Shown: positions 10,745-18,880, counted from the stretch's first letter. The stretch is 64,000 nt of DNA from an uncultured Pseudomonadota bacterium (GCA_903828595.1 CAIKMS010000009.1:2933-66932); one strand, 5' to 3'. Program-made: numbers and translations. The notes: generated by a model not told the origin, from the letters alone.

Positions 10745-11089
10745 ATGAATTTCAAACTCGTACTCGGTGCTACCGCTCTGGCTCTGGCTCTCGTCGCTTG
10801 CGGCGGCAAGACTGAGGCCCCCGCTGCTGACGCGGCTATGGATGCTGCCAAGACCGCTGCTGGTACGGCTGCTGATGCTGCCAAGACCGCTGCGGATACG
10901 GCTGCTGATGCTGCCAAGACCGCTGCTGACACGACCGCGGACGCTGCGAAGGCCGCTGCTGACACGGCTGCTGACGCTGCCAAGACCGCTGCCGGCACCA
11001 CGGTTGATGCTGCTAAGGCTGCTGGTACGGCTGCCGTTGACGCTGCGAAAGACGCTGCTAAGACCGCTGCTGACGCTGCCAAGAAGTAA
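10745..11089 (+). CDS. Ala-rich 11-residue-repeat lipoprotein ending in Lys-Lys
   Basis: The protein begins MNFKLVLGATALALALVAC-G (lipobox), with a GGGAG Shine-Dalgarno sequence at 10732-10736. Seven consecutive 11-mers of the DAAKTAADTAA type follow, then DAAKK. Confidence 0.75.
   Translation: MNFKLVLGATALALALVACGGKTEAPAADAAMDAAKTAAGTAADAAKTAADTAADAAKTAADTTADAAKAAADTAADAAKTAAGTTVDAAKAAGTAAVDAAKDAAKTAADAAKK
10841..11086 (+). repeat. In-frame 33-nt tandem repeat array (7 units plus a 15-nt partial unit) inside the lipoprotein gene
   Basis: Units start with GAYGCTGC(C/G/T)AAG every 33 nt, at 10841, 10874, 10907, 10940, 10973, 11006, 11039 and 11072. Confidence 0.9.
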
Positions 11090-11101
11090 GTTACTTCGAA
11101 T

Positions 11102-11141
11102 GTCGGCCAGCCCCACGACAGTGGGTCTGGCCGACCTTTTT
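11102..11141 (+). terminator. Rho-independent terminator after the second lipoprotein gene
   Basis: A 15-bp stem pairs GTCGGCCAGCCCCAC with GTGGGTCTGGCCGAC (one mismatch) around a GACA loop. CTTTTT follows. Confidence 0.8.
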
Positions 11142-11312
11142 AGCTGGCTCGCGTCGCTTGAAAAGCGCCGTGAACCAAGATGTTAGTCACCACTTAGACC
11201 CTAGCGCAGTCGCTAAAACGGGCTGTATTGCGTAGGTTACCGGTTCCAACGCAGGCCGCGCCTTAGCGCAGGCTTCGTTGGCTAAGTAGATCCAGCCTAG
11301 TGAGACCGGCTC

Positions 11313-11840
11313 ATGGCCGTGGCCCTCAGAGACGCACTACACGTCGTCCACGATCAACAGTGGATACGCGACGTTTACCCCGAATATTTGCACGAGCTTA
11401 CCGATCTGACCGGTGGGCGCACCGGTGTGTTTCCTTTGTTTGGCGAGCACGGCTCGCGTGATCACGAGCTCTTTGCACGCTGGTTTCGCGATAAAAACTC
11501 TCACCCATTGACCATTCTCGAATCCGACCGACCGGTAGGCTTCGCGCTGGTCTCCAGGCCCTTAATGGTGGCCCCCGGTAGTCTGGGTGAATATCGTCTG
11601 GCCGATTTTTATATCCGCCGGGAATTTCGCCGACGCGGTGTGGGTCGGCTAGCGGCTACCCTGATCTTTAGCCGCTTCGCGGGTCGTTGGTTGGTGGCAG
11701 AGACTGCCGGCAATCACGAGGCGATTGCGTTCTGGCGTACGGTCATCCATCACTACAGTCAGGGCCGCTATGAAGAGCGCCATGTCGATGGTGAAGTGCG
11801 GCAAACGTTCATGACCACGGCCGCCGTCACCGCACGCTAG
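11313..11840 (+). CDS. GNAT-family N-acetyltransferase
   Basis: The 175-aa ORF has an acetyl-CoA-binding-type motif, FYIRREFRRRGVGRLAA (R-x-x-G-x-G/A). The substrate is unknown. Confidence 0.6.
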   Translation: MAVALRDALHVVHDQQWIRDVYPEYLHELTDLTGGRTGVFPLFGEHGSRDHELFARWFRDKNSHPLTILESDRPVGFALVSRPLMVAPGSLGEYRLADFYIRREFRRRGVGRLAATLIFSRFAGRWLVAETAGNHEAIAFWRTVIHHYSQGRYEERHVDGEVRQTFMTTAAVTAR

Positions 11841-11857
11841 ATTCGCGCGCCGCCCAC

Positions 11858-11888
11858 GCGCCGTACCGGCGCGGTGTTAAGGTTTTTC
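11858..11888 (+). terminator. Candidate terminator after the GNAT gene
   Basis: A 7-bp GC stem pairs CGCGCCG with CGGCGCG around a TAC loop. A distal T5 run follows at 11884-11888. Confidence 0.4.
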
Positions 11889-11955
11889 CTTAGTTCAGTC
11901 TGCGAGCCTAGAGTAGGTCTAAGCCTACGGATTCACCGTATTTTTTACTCTTAAG

Positions 11956-11971
11956 TGTGATTGCAATCACG
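11956..11971. promoter_or_regulatory. CRP/Vfr-type binding site candidate (TGTGA-N6-TCACG) upstream of the che operon
   Basis: The site matches the TGTGA-N6-TCACA consensus at 9 of 10 positions. It is embedded in a perfect 14-bp palindrome, GTGATTGCAATCAC (11957-11970), about 170 nt upstream of cheY. Confidence 0.45.
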
Positions 11972-12136
11972 GAGAGTAAAGCGCTGAACGGTTTTACATA
12001 GCTACTCTTAATTTAACCGCTTTCCGGCCGACACAGCGGATAGGGAAAGTCCATACAGACGGACCGTCAGGCGCTGAAGGTGAGAACCCAGCGTCAGGTG
12101 CTCTGGCACAGCGCGTCTTTGAGGGAGCTGATGACG

Positions 12137-12499
12137 ATGGCAAAAGTGATTCTCGCCGTGGATGACTCGGCATCGATGCGCAAAATGGTGCATTTCACCT
12201 TAAGCGGCGCGGGCTACAGCGTCGTTCAAGCCGTGGATGGCATTGAGGCACTGGAATATGCGCGTGGCCATGAAGTCGACGTGGTGCTGACCGACGTGAA
12301 TATGCCCAGGATGGATGGGATTTCCCTGGTGAAGGAATTGCGCGCACTTCCTACCTACCGCTATACGCCAATGCTGGTTCTGACCACAGAGTCCAGTCAG
12401 GAAAAGAAATTAGAGGGCAAGCAGGCCGGTGCGACCGGCTGGATCGTTAAGCCGTTTAATCCCGAGCAGCTGCTCTCGACTATTGCCCGAGTGCTCTAG
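12137..12499 (+). CDS. cheY: Chemotaxis response regulator CheY
   Basis: MAKVILAVDDSASMRK...DVNMPRMDG...IVKPF shows the receiver D-D-D-T-K pattern. A GAGGGAG Shine-Dalgarno sequence lies 9 nt upstream. The in-frame ATG at 12131 and the ORF start at 12080 are alternatives. Confidence 0.88.
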   Translation: MAKVILAVDDSASMRKMVHFTLSGAGYSVVQAVDGIEALEYARGHEVDVVLTDVNMPRMDGISLVKELRALPTYRYTPMLVLTTESSQEKKLEGKQAGATGWIVKPFNPEQLLSTIARVL

Positions 12500-12521
12500 C
12501 GCTCCTTGAGGGGGATACGGA

Positions 12522-14627
12522 ATGTCTTTCGATGCCGAAATGGAAGAGATCCACAAGATCTTCTTCGAAGAAAGCCACGAAGGCTTGGACGCGATGGAAT
12601 CCGGGCTACTGAACCTGGATGCCAACGCTGATCGTGAAACGATCAACACGATTTTTCGTGCGGCTCACTCTATTAAGGGTGGCGCAGCAACCTTCGGCTT
12701 TGAGGACATCGCTAACTTCACGCACGATGTAGAGACGCTGCTCGATGAGATGCGTAATGGCACGCGCAGCATGAGCTCTGCGGCCCAACAACTGCTCTTG
12801 CAGTCTGTCGACTGCATACGCGAGATGATCAAAGCCGCTCAGGCCGGAGCCAGCGCTGATGCGGGCCGTGCCGCGCTGTTAAACGCCTCCATCAAAGATT
12901 TGTTGAGTGGCGAGGAGGGGCAAATCTTGCCGGCCACCGAGGCCGCCGCCTTAGCCGTTACCGCGCCTTTAGTGGTGGAGGCTGTGGTACAGCCGAGTGG
13001 CTGGCAGGTCCGCTTTGTGCCGCATGAGGATATTTTGCGGACCAACAACGAGCCGGCGCGCATGTTTGCCGAGTTGGCCCGCGTAGGGCCGCTGCGGGTG
13101 CACGCTGACGTGAGTGAAGTACCGGCCTTAGAGGATCTGGTGCCGGACTCGTTGTACCTGCGTTGGACGCTGACCTTGCAGGCCGCGGTCGACAAGCGCC
13201 AGGTTCAGGAAGTATTTGACTGGGTTGATGCCAGCTGCAGCCTGGAATACACACAGCTTAACGAAGAGCCCGTCGAGCTACCGGTAGCGCTAGCTGCCGT
13301 GCCGACGCCAGCAGCCCCGGCAGGCCCAGCAGCCACAGTTAGTGCCGCACCCGTCAAGGCTGCGACCAACCCCACGCCAGCACCCGCACCGACACGAGCG
13401 GCTGCCGCACCCAAGGTGGCCGCCGACACCTCATCCATCCGCGTCTCGATCGATAAGGTCGACAGTTTGATCAATCTGGTTGGCGAGCTGGTCATTACCC
13501 AATCCATGCTGTCTCAGTTTGGTGAGAAATTTGATGTCTCCCAGCTGGAGCGCCTGCGTGAAGGCTTAAGCCACCTGTCCCGTAACACCCGCGACCTGCA
13601 AGAAAGCGTCATGCAGATTCGCATGTTGCCCATTGGCTTTGCGTTCAATCGTTTCCCACGTCTGGTTCATGACCTGTCCCTAAAGCTGAACAAGAAAGTG
13701 GAGCTACGCCTTACCGGTGAGGGCACCGAGCTCGATAAAACAGTCTTAGAGAAGATTTCAGATCCGCTTGTGCATCTGGTGCGTAATGCGCTGGATCACG
13801 GCCTGGAAACGCCTGAGGTTCGCGAGGCTAACGGCAAAGAGCCTACCGGTTTGATTGAGCTGAGCGCTTACCATGAAGGCGGCAGCATCATCATCGAAGT
13901 GCGCGATGATGGCGCTGGCCTCAATAAGGCGCGAATCTTAAAGCGCGCACGCGAGCGCGGCTTAGTCAGCCCTGAGCTTGAGCTTACTGACGATCAGATT
14001 CATCAATTGATCTTTCATCCAGGGTTTTCCACGGCTGAGACCATCAGTGAAGTGTCGGGTCGTGGCGTGGGCATGGATGTGGTTCGTCGCAATATCAACG
14101 ATCTGGGCGGCCACGTGCAAATTTGCTCCGTGGAAGGTTCCGGCAGCACGATTAAGATTCGCTTGCCGTTAACCCTGGCCATCTTGGACGGCCAGTTGGT
14201 TCGGGTCGGTAGTGAAACCTACGTGATCTCACTGCTGGCTATTGTTGAAACCATTCAGCTGAAGAAAGAGCAGGTTAACCACCTGCCCGGCGGCGCCTCA
14301 TTGTTCAGGCTGCGCACGGAATACTTGCCGATTATCGACTTAAGTGCCCAGTTTGGTATTGAGCGTGATCCCACCACGGTCTGCGATGGCTTGCTCGTGG
14401 TGGTTGAATCTGACGGTCGCCGTTTTGGTTTGTTGGTTGATGACCTCTTGGCTCAACAGCAAGTGGTTATCAAAAGCTTGGAATCCAGCTATCGCCAAGT
14501 GCGAGGTTTGGCCGGAGCAACCATCTTAGGGGACGGGCGTGTGGCGCTGATTCTGGATGTGCCTGGTCTGATTGATCATTTTGAGGACGTAGCCGGCGAT
14601 AAGGCGGACGCGGTTGCAGCGGCCTAA
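12522..14627 (+). CDS. cheA: Chemotaxis histidine kinase CheA
   Basis: The 701-aa ORF has an Hpt domain (AAHSIKGGAATFG), a Pro/Ala linker, the HATPase region (DPLVHLVRNALDHG, DDGAGL, GRGVGMDVV) and a C-terminal CheW-like domain. Confidence 0.95.
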   Translation: MSFDAEMEEIHKIFFEESHEGLDAMESGLLNLDANADRETINTIFRAAHSIKGGAATFGFEDIANFTHDVETLLDEMRNGTRSMSSAAQQLLLQSVDCIREMIKAAQAGASADAGRAALLNASIKDLLSGEEGQILPATEAAALAVTAPLVVEAVVQPSGWQVRFVPHEDILRTNNEPARMFAELARVGPLRVHADVSEVPALEDLVPDSLYLRWTLTLQAAVDKRQVQEVFDWVDASCSLEYTQLNEEPVELPVALAAVPTPAAPAGPAATVSAAPVKAATNPTPAPAPTRAAAAPKVAADTSSIRVSIDKVDSLINLVGELVITQSMLSQFGEKFDVSQLERLREGLSHLSRNTRDLQESVMQIRMLPIGFAFNRFPRLVHDLSLKLNKKVELRLTGEGTELDKTVLEKISDPLVHLVRNALDHGLETPEVREANGKEPTGLIELSAYHEGGSIIIEVRDDGAGLNKARILKRARERGLVSPELELTDDQIHQLIFHPGFSTAETISEVSGRGVGMDVVRRNINDLGGHVQICSVEGSGSTIKIRLPLTLAILDGQLVRVGSETYVISLLAIVETIQLKKEQVNHLPGGASLFRLRTEYLPIIDLSAQFGIERDPTTVCDGLLVVVESDGRRFGLLVDDLLAQQQVVIKSLESSYRQVRGLAGATILGDGRVALILDVPGLIDHFEDVAGDKADAVAAA

Positions 14628-14701
14628 GGCCAGCTGCAACGGCAAAAGTCTGCAGTGAAGGTCTGAATTTTAGTCAGCGATGGCTGATAACGAGGTGATG
14701 T

Positions 14702-15235
14702 ATGAGTGTAAGTGGCAGCAACAATCATCAGGGTAAATTGAAGGTCTCCGGTGCCGACGAGCGCATGGCAGGCATCGAGCAATACCTGACTTTTCAGTTG
14801 GCCGGTGAAGAATACGGCGTTGATATTTTGCGGGTGCAGGAAATCAAAGGCTGGGAAAAAGCCACTCGCATTCCGCACTCGCCTCACTACGTGCTGGGCG
14901 TCATTAATCTGCGCGGCTCGGTCGTACCCATTATTGAGTTACGTCGACGATTCGGCTTGGAATCCAGCGAGTTTGGGCCAACGACCGTAGTCATCGTAGT
15001 CAAAGTCTCCAGTGCCCGCGGTGAGCGTACCGTGGGGCTGGTCGTCGATGCCGTCTGCGAGGTCTACAACGTGCCATTGGCGGACATCAAACCGCCGCCC
15101 GAAGTAGGTGCTGGTATCGATACCGATTTTGTGCGTGGTTTATCGACGATGGACGACAAAATGCTGATCTTGCTCGATATAGATAAGCTGATCGCCGATA
15201 CTATTTTTGAGGCAGTTGGAACGGTCGCTGCTTAA
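14702..15235 (+). CDS. cheW: Chemotaxis coupling protein CheW
   Basis: The 177-aa ORF contains YLTFQLAGEEYGVDILRVQEI and VINLRGSVVPIIELRRRFG. Confidence 0.92.
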   Translation: MSVSGSNNHQGKLKVSGADERMAGIEQYLTFQLAGEEYGVDILRVQEIKGWEKATRIPHSPHYVLGVINLRGSVVPIIELRRRFGLESSEFGPTTVVIVVKVSSARGERTVGLVVDAVCEVYNVPLADIKPPPEVGAGIDTDFVRGLSTMDDKMLILLDIDKLIADTIFEAVGTVAA

Positions 15236-15253
15236 TCGCGACGGAGAGTGCTC

Positions 15254-15574
15254 ATGTCTGTGACTGCCAATGATGTCAGCGTTTCGGTCTTCGCCTTAGG
15301 CTCGAGTCTATCGATTCGCGAGGCGGCGCAACTGCGGGTAGGTCTTTTGGCAGCGATTGAGGCCGGTCCTGTCGTTTTAGATGCCAGTCAGGTGGAGCGT
15401 GCAGACAGTGCAGGCTGCCAGTTGCTGGTATCACTGGCGCGCAGTTTAGCGATTCGCGGCGAGACTTTAACCTACAGCGGTGTGTCGGCTACCTTAACTG
15501 AGGTCGCTCGTACGCTGGGCTTAACTCAAGCCTGTGGGTTGAGTTTGGTCGATGAGTTGGCTCATGACGCCTGA
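15254..15574 (+). CDS. STAS-domain protein (anti-sigma-factor-antagonist fold) inside the che operon
   Basis: This roughly 106-aa ORF has the pattern LDASQVERADSAGCQLLVSL...TLTEVARTLGL, typical of SpoIIAA/STAS proteins. The ATG at 15254 follows a GGAGAG Shine-Dalgarno sequence. The GTG at 15248 is an alternative start. Confidence 0.6.
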   Translation: MSVTANDVSVSVFALGSSLSIREAAQLRVGLLAAIEAGPVVLDASQVERADSAGCQLLVSLARSLAIRGETLTYSGVSATLTEVARTLGLTQACGLSLVDELAHDA

Positions 15575-16106
15575 ACGCGCTGCGCTGCAAAGCGACTGGT
15601 CGTTCGACGCGGAGATTGTCGGCTTCGTCTCAATGGCTAAAGCACAGATTGCCGTCGCCATGCGCGATGCCGATGCGCCCGTCGGTGATTTGGCACAGCT
15701 GATTTCGGATATAGGCTTAAGCGGATTACAGATGCGAGCGGCTGTTGCCACGCTGGATGATAAGGCGTCTACGGCCGTTGCAGCGCTAGCCAATGAAATT
15801 GAAACCCTGAATGCTCGAGTACGTGAGGCCTCCGTAGCCTTACAGTTTCATGATCGGCTGGTGCAGCGATTAACGCACGCGCACTCGGTTTTGGATATGT
15901 TGGGTGAGGTGGTCTCGGATCGCCAAAGCCACCGTAGTCAGGCTGACTGGGATCATCTGCGTACGCAAATACGTTCCCAATACAGTATGGAACATGAGAG
16001 GCTTGTCTTTGATTTATTAGTGGGTGGAGCCAGTCCTGAGCACGTTCTGGAAGCTTTACAAAACCTGCGCAAGACCAGCACGCCAGATCATGCCGATATT
16101 TTTTAG
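15552..16106 (+). CDS. Uncharacterised helical protein with a CheZ-like D-x3-Q motif (ALQFHDRLVQRL)
   Basis: The 184-aa ORF overlaps the STAS ORF by 23 nt and ends 11 nt before cheR. D101 (15852-15854) and Q105 (15864-15866) are spaced as the catalytic pair is in CheZ (QDFQDLTGQ). I recognised no other family. Confidence 0.5.
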   Translation: MSWLMTPERAALQSDWSFDAEIVGFVSMAKAQIAVAMRDADAPVGDLAQLISDIGLSGLQMRAAVATLDDKASTAVAALANEIETLNARVREASVALQFHDRLVQRLTHAHSVLDMLGEVVSDRQSHRSQADWDHLRTQIRSQYSMEHERLVFDLLVGGASPEHVLEALQNLRKTSTPDHADIF

Positions 16107-16117
16107 GCGAAAACTTA

Positions 16118-16963
16118 ATGAATACGCCTACCAGACCATTGCGTAAGGATCGGGAGTTTGTCCTGCGCGATGAGGATTTTGCAGAAATCCGTGAACTGGT
16201 GAAGTTACACACCGGCATTTCGCTGAGCGATGCCAAACGCGAGTTAGTTTACAGTCGACTGGTGCGTCGCCTGCGCAAGCTGGAGTTAGAGAATTTCGGC
16301 GACTATATCGAGTTACTGCGTGTGGCTGATGCGACTGAGTTAGAAGAATTTGCCAACGCCATTACCACTAATCTCACGGCATTTTTCCGTGAGAACCATC
16401 ATTTTGAGTTTTTGACCCAGGTAGCTTTGCCGTTGCTGGAAAAGCGCAACGCAGCCACTCGCCGCTTGCGCGTTTGGTCGGCCGGTTGCTCCACCGGTGA
16501 AGAGCCCTACTCACTGGCGATGGTCTTGCGCGAAGAGATGTCCCGCTTTCCGGGGTGGGATGTGAAGATATTAGCGACGGATATTGACTCTCATGTGCTG
16601 GCTCACGCGGCCAAAGGCGTTTACAGCGCTGATCGAGTTGAGCGGGTCGGTGCTAAGAGAGCGCGGTGGTTCACTCGCAATGGTGACGGTAGTTACACCG
16701 TAAAGCCTGAAGTGCAGTCCTTAATTGCTTTTCGGCAACTGAATTTAATGAGTCCCTGGCCGATGCGCGGGGGGTTTGACATCATCTTTTGTCGCAATGT
16801 CGTGATCTATTTTGATAAACCCACGCAGATCGAGTTATTCGGCCGAATCAGCGAACTACAGGGAGTGGGGGATTATCTGTTTGTGGGTCACTCGGAGTCA
16901 CTGTTTAAAGTATGTGACCGATACGATCTGATCGGTAAGACAATTTTTACGAGATTGCCCTAA
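16118..16963 (+). CDS. cheR: Chemotaxis protein methyltransferase CheR
   Basis: The 281-aa ORF contains NLTAFFRENHHFEFL, VWSAGCSTGEEPYSLAM and IFCRNVVIYFD (SAM-binding region). Confidence 0.93.
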   Translation: MNTPTRPLRKDREFVLRDEDFAEIRELVKLHTGISLSDAKRELVYSRLVRRLRKLELENFGDYIELLRVADATELEEFANAITTNLTAFFRENHHFEFLTQVALPLLEKRNAATRRLRVWSAGCSTGEEPYSLAMVLREEMSRFPGWDVKILATDIDSHVLAHAAKGVYSADRVERVGAKRARWFTRNGDGSYTVKPEVQSLIAFRQLNLMSPWPMRGGFDIIFCRNVVIYFDKPTQIELFGRISELQGVGDYLFVGHSESLFKVCDRYDLIGKTIFTRLP

Positions 16964-17623
16964 ATGAGCGGTGACGTCATGCCGTCGGGTAGCCCCTCGC
17001 CTTCGAAGCTGCCCCCCACGCTGCCTCAGTTTTCCCACATCAATCGTTATTGGGATCCGCAACTGGGCGCCTTCGTTGCCAAGCTTTTGCCCGGTGAATA
17101 CTACGTGTCAGCACGTAATGAGGTTATTTGTACGGTCTTAGGCAGTTGTGTGTCAGCCTGCATACGCGATCGAACGCGCAACTTAGGTGGTATGAATCAC
17201 TTTATGTTGCCCATTGATCAGTCTTTGGGCAATGGAGCCTGGAGTGAGGGTGTCAGCGCGGCTACGCGTTACGGCAATGTCGCTATGGAAATGTTGATTA
17301 ACGATCTGTTGAAAGCAGGTGCTCGCCGCCAGAACCTGGAAGTTAAGCTGGTTGGGGGTGGTCGAGTGCTGGCGGCATCGACAGATGTCGGCGCTAACAA
17401 TATTGAATTTGTGCGACGTTACGTTGAGATGGAAGGGTTTACGGTAGCCGGTGAAGATTTGGGTGAGACCTACCCACGCAAGGTTTACTACTCCTCGGAC
17501 TCCGGCAAAGTCAGAGTGAAAAGGCTACTAAGAGTGAACAATACAACCATCATGGATCGCGAGAAAGCGTACCTGCGGAACCTGCAGTCAGCTCCGCAGT
17601 CCGGTGGAGTCGAGCTGTTCTAA
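16964..17623 (+). CDS. cheD: Chemoreceptor glutamine deamidase CheD
   Basis: The 219-aa ORF contains TVLGSCVSACIRD and GGMNHFMLP. It starts immediately after the cheR stop. Confidence 0.88.
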   Translation: MSGDVMPSGSPSPSKLPPTLPQFSHINRYWDPQLGAFVAKLLPGEYYVSARNEVICTVLGSCVSACIRDRTRNLGGMNHFMLPIDQSLGNGAWSEGVSAATRYGNVAMEMLINDLLKAGARRQNLEVKLVGGGRVLAASTDVGANNIEFVRRYVEMEGFTVAGEDLGETYPRKVYYSSDSGKVRVKRLLRVNNTTIMDREKAYLRNLQSAPQSGGVELF

Positions 17624-17651
17624 ATATTGGATTTCTTCTGGATGGGCAGCA

Positions 17652-18794
17652 ATGAGTAGTACAACCTCGGGTCAGTCTAGAGTCAAAGTCCTCATCGTCG
17701 ACGATTCGGCTTTTATACGCCGGCTGATGACCGATATTCTCAGTGCCGATCCTGATATTGAAGTGGTAGGAACGGCCAGCGATGCTTTTAAGGCGCGCGA
17801 GGCAATCAAGAACCTTAATCCCGACGTGCTGACTCTAGACGTGGAAATGCCCGGCATGGACGGCATTCAGTTTTTGAGCAATCTGATACGCCTAAGGCCC
17901 ATGCCAGTGGTCATGTGTTCCACTCTCACAGAGCACGGGGCAGCCATCACCTTAGAGGCACTGGAAATCGGTGCCGTCGACTTTGTGCAAAAACCTACCG
18001 CTTTTAGCGCCGCAGCCTTGAGCGGCTACAGCGCCGAGGTGACCCAAAAGGTTAAATCCGCAGCGCAGGCCACCGTTCGTGGGCAAGTCAGCACGGCCCG
18101 TGCGCGCTCAGTACGGCCACCGGTGGAAATACCCAGTGCGACCGAGAAGTTCACGGCTGACGTGATTTTGCCGCGGGCATTGCCTAAAGTGGTCGCAGCG
18201 ACGGAGACGATTATCGCGATAGGCGCCTCCACCGGTGGAACGGAGGCGATCCGTCACGTGCTGATGGGTCTGAATGCCAGCGTGCCGGCGATCGTGATCG
18301 CGCAGCACATCCCCAAGGCGTTCAGCGGTCCCTTTGCCAGACGCATGGACAGCTGTTGTCCGTTGCCGGTTAAGGAGGCTGAGGACGGCGATTTAGTCTC
18401 AGCCGGACATGTTTACATCGCCCCTGGAGACCAGCATCTGCTGCTGATTCGTGAAGCTGGGCGATACCGCTGCCGACTGTCGGACGGGCCGCCGGTGCAG
18501 CGTCATAAGCCCTCTGTCGACGTATTGTTTCGCAGCGTGGCTCAGGCAGCTGGGGCTAACGCTGTGGGTGTGATGCTCACTGGTATGGGTCGCGATGGCG
18601 CGGAGTGCATGCGCGAAATGCGCGATGCAGGTGCCGCTACGCTGGCTCAAGACGAGGCTACCAGCGTGGTCTGGGGCATGCCCGGGGCGGCCTATGAGAC
18701 CGGGGGTGCGCAGAGTCTGTATCCTCTGTCGGCCATCGCGCAAAAGATCATCGAGCTGGCGGCTTTGCAGGGTCGTTCGCGTCGAGCCTCTTAA
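17652..18794 (+). CDS. cheB: Protein-glutamate methylesterase/deamidase CheB
   Basis: The ATG at 17652 gives a receiver domain (VKVLIVDDSAFIRR, DVEMPGMDG). The esterase domain contains IGASTGG and GMGRDGA. Confidence 0.93.
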   Translation: MSSTTSGQSRVKVLIVDDSAFIRRLMTDILSADPDIEVVGTASDAFKAREAIKNLNPDVLTLDVEMPGMDGIQFLSNLIRLRPMPVVMCSTLTEHGAAITLEALEIGAVDFVQKPTAFSAAALSGYSAEVTQKVKSAAQATVRGQVSTARARSVRPPVEIPSATEKFTADVILPRALPKVVAATETIIAIGASTGGTEAIRHVLMGLNASVPAIVIAQHIPKAFSGPFARRMDSCCPLPVKEAEDGDLVSAGHVYIAPGDQHLLLIREAGRYRCRLSDGPPVQRHKPSVDVLFRSVAQAAGANAVGVMLTGMGRDGAECMREMRDAGAATLAQDEATSVVWGMPGAAYETGGAQSLYPLSAIAQKIIELAALQGRSRRAS

Positions 18795-18852
18795 TAACCC
18801 TCCAAAGTGAGATTTGCGGCGCGGTTAGCGCCGCCAGCATTTGTTAATTTCT

Positions 18853-18880
18853 TAAAGAAATATGACTAGTGCGCCGATAG
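18853..18880 (+). promoter_or_regulatory. Sigma-28 (FliA)-type promoter candidate: TAAAG-N15-GCCGATAG
   Basis: TAAAG lies at 18853-18857 and GCCGATAG at 18873-18880, compared with the consensus TAAAGTTT-N11-GCCGATAA. The element ends 68 nt upstream of the CheY-like gene. Confidence 0.5.

Noticed and set aside
10299-11186. Multiple long ORFs in other frames and on the minus strand across the Ala-rich region (for example 10299..10649 -, 10412..10660 +, 10625..11116 -, 10738..11082 -, 10767..11186 +).
   Set aside because: They are artefacts of GCN-rich low-complexity sequence that lacks stops in several frames. Only the two plus-strand frames have a Shine-Dalgarno sequence, a signal peptide with lipobox, and a downstream terminator.
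12009-12034. Possible second sigma-28 promoter, TAATTTAA-N10-GCCGACAC, upstream of cheY.
   Set aside because: Both halves deviate from the consensus and the spacing is short. This is too weak to call without transcription start data, although it would be consistent with the better site at 18853-18880.
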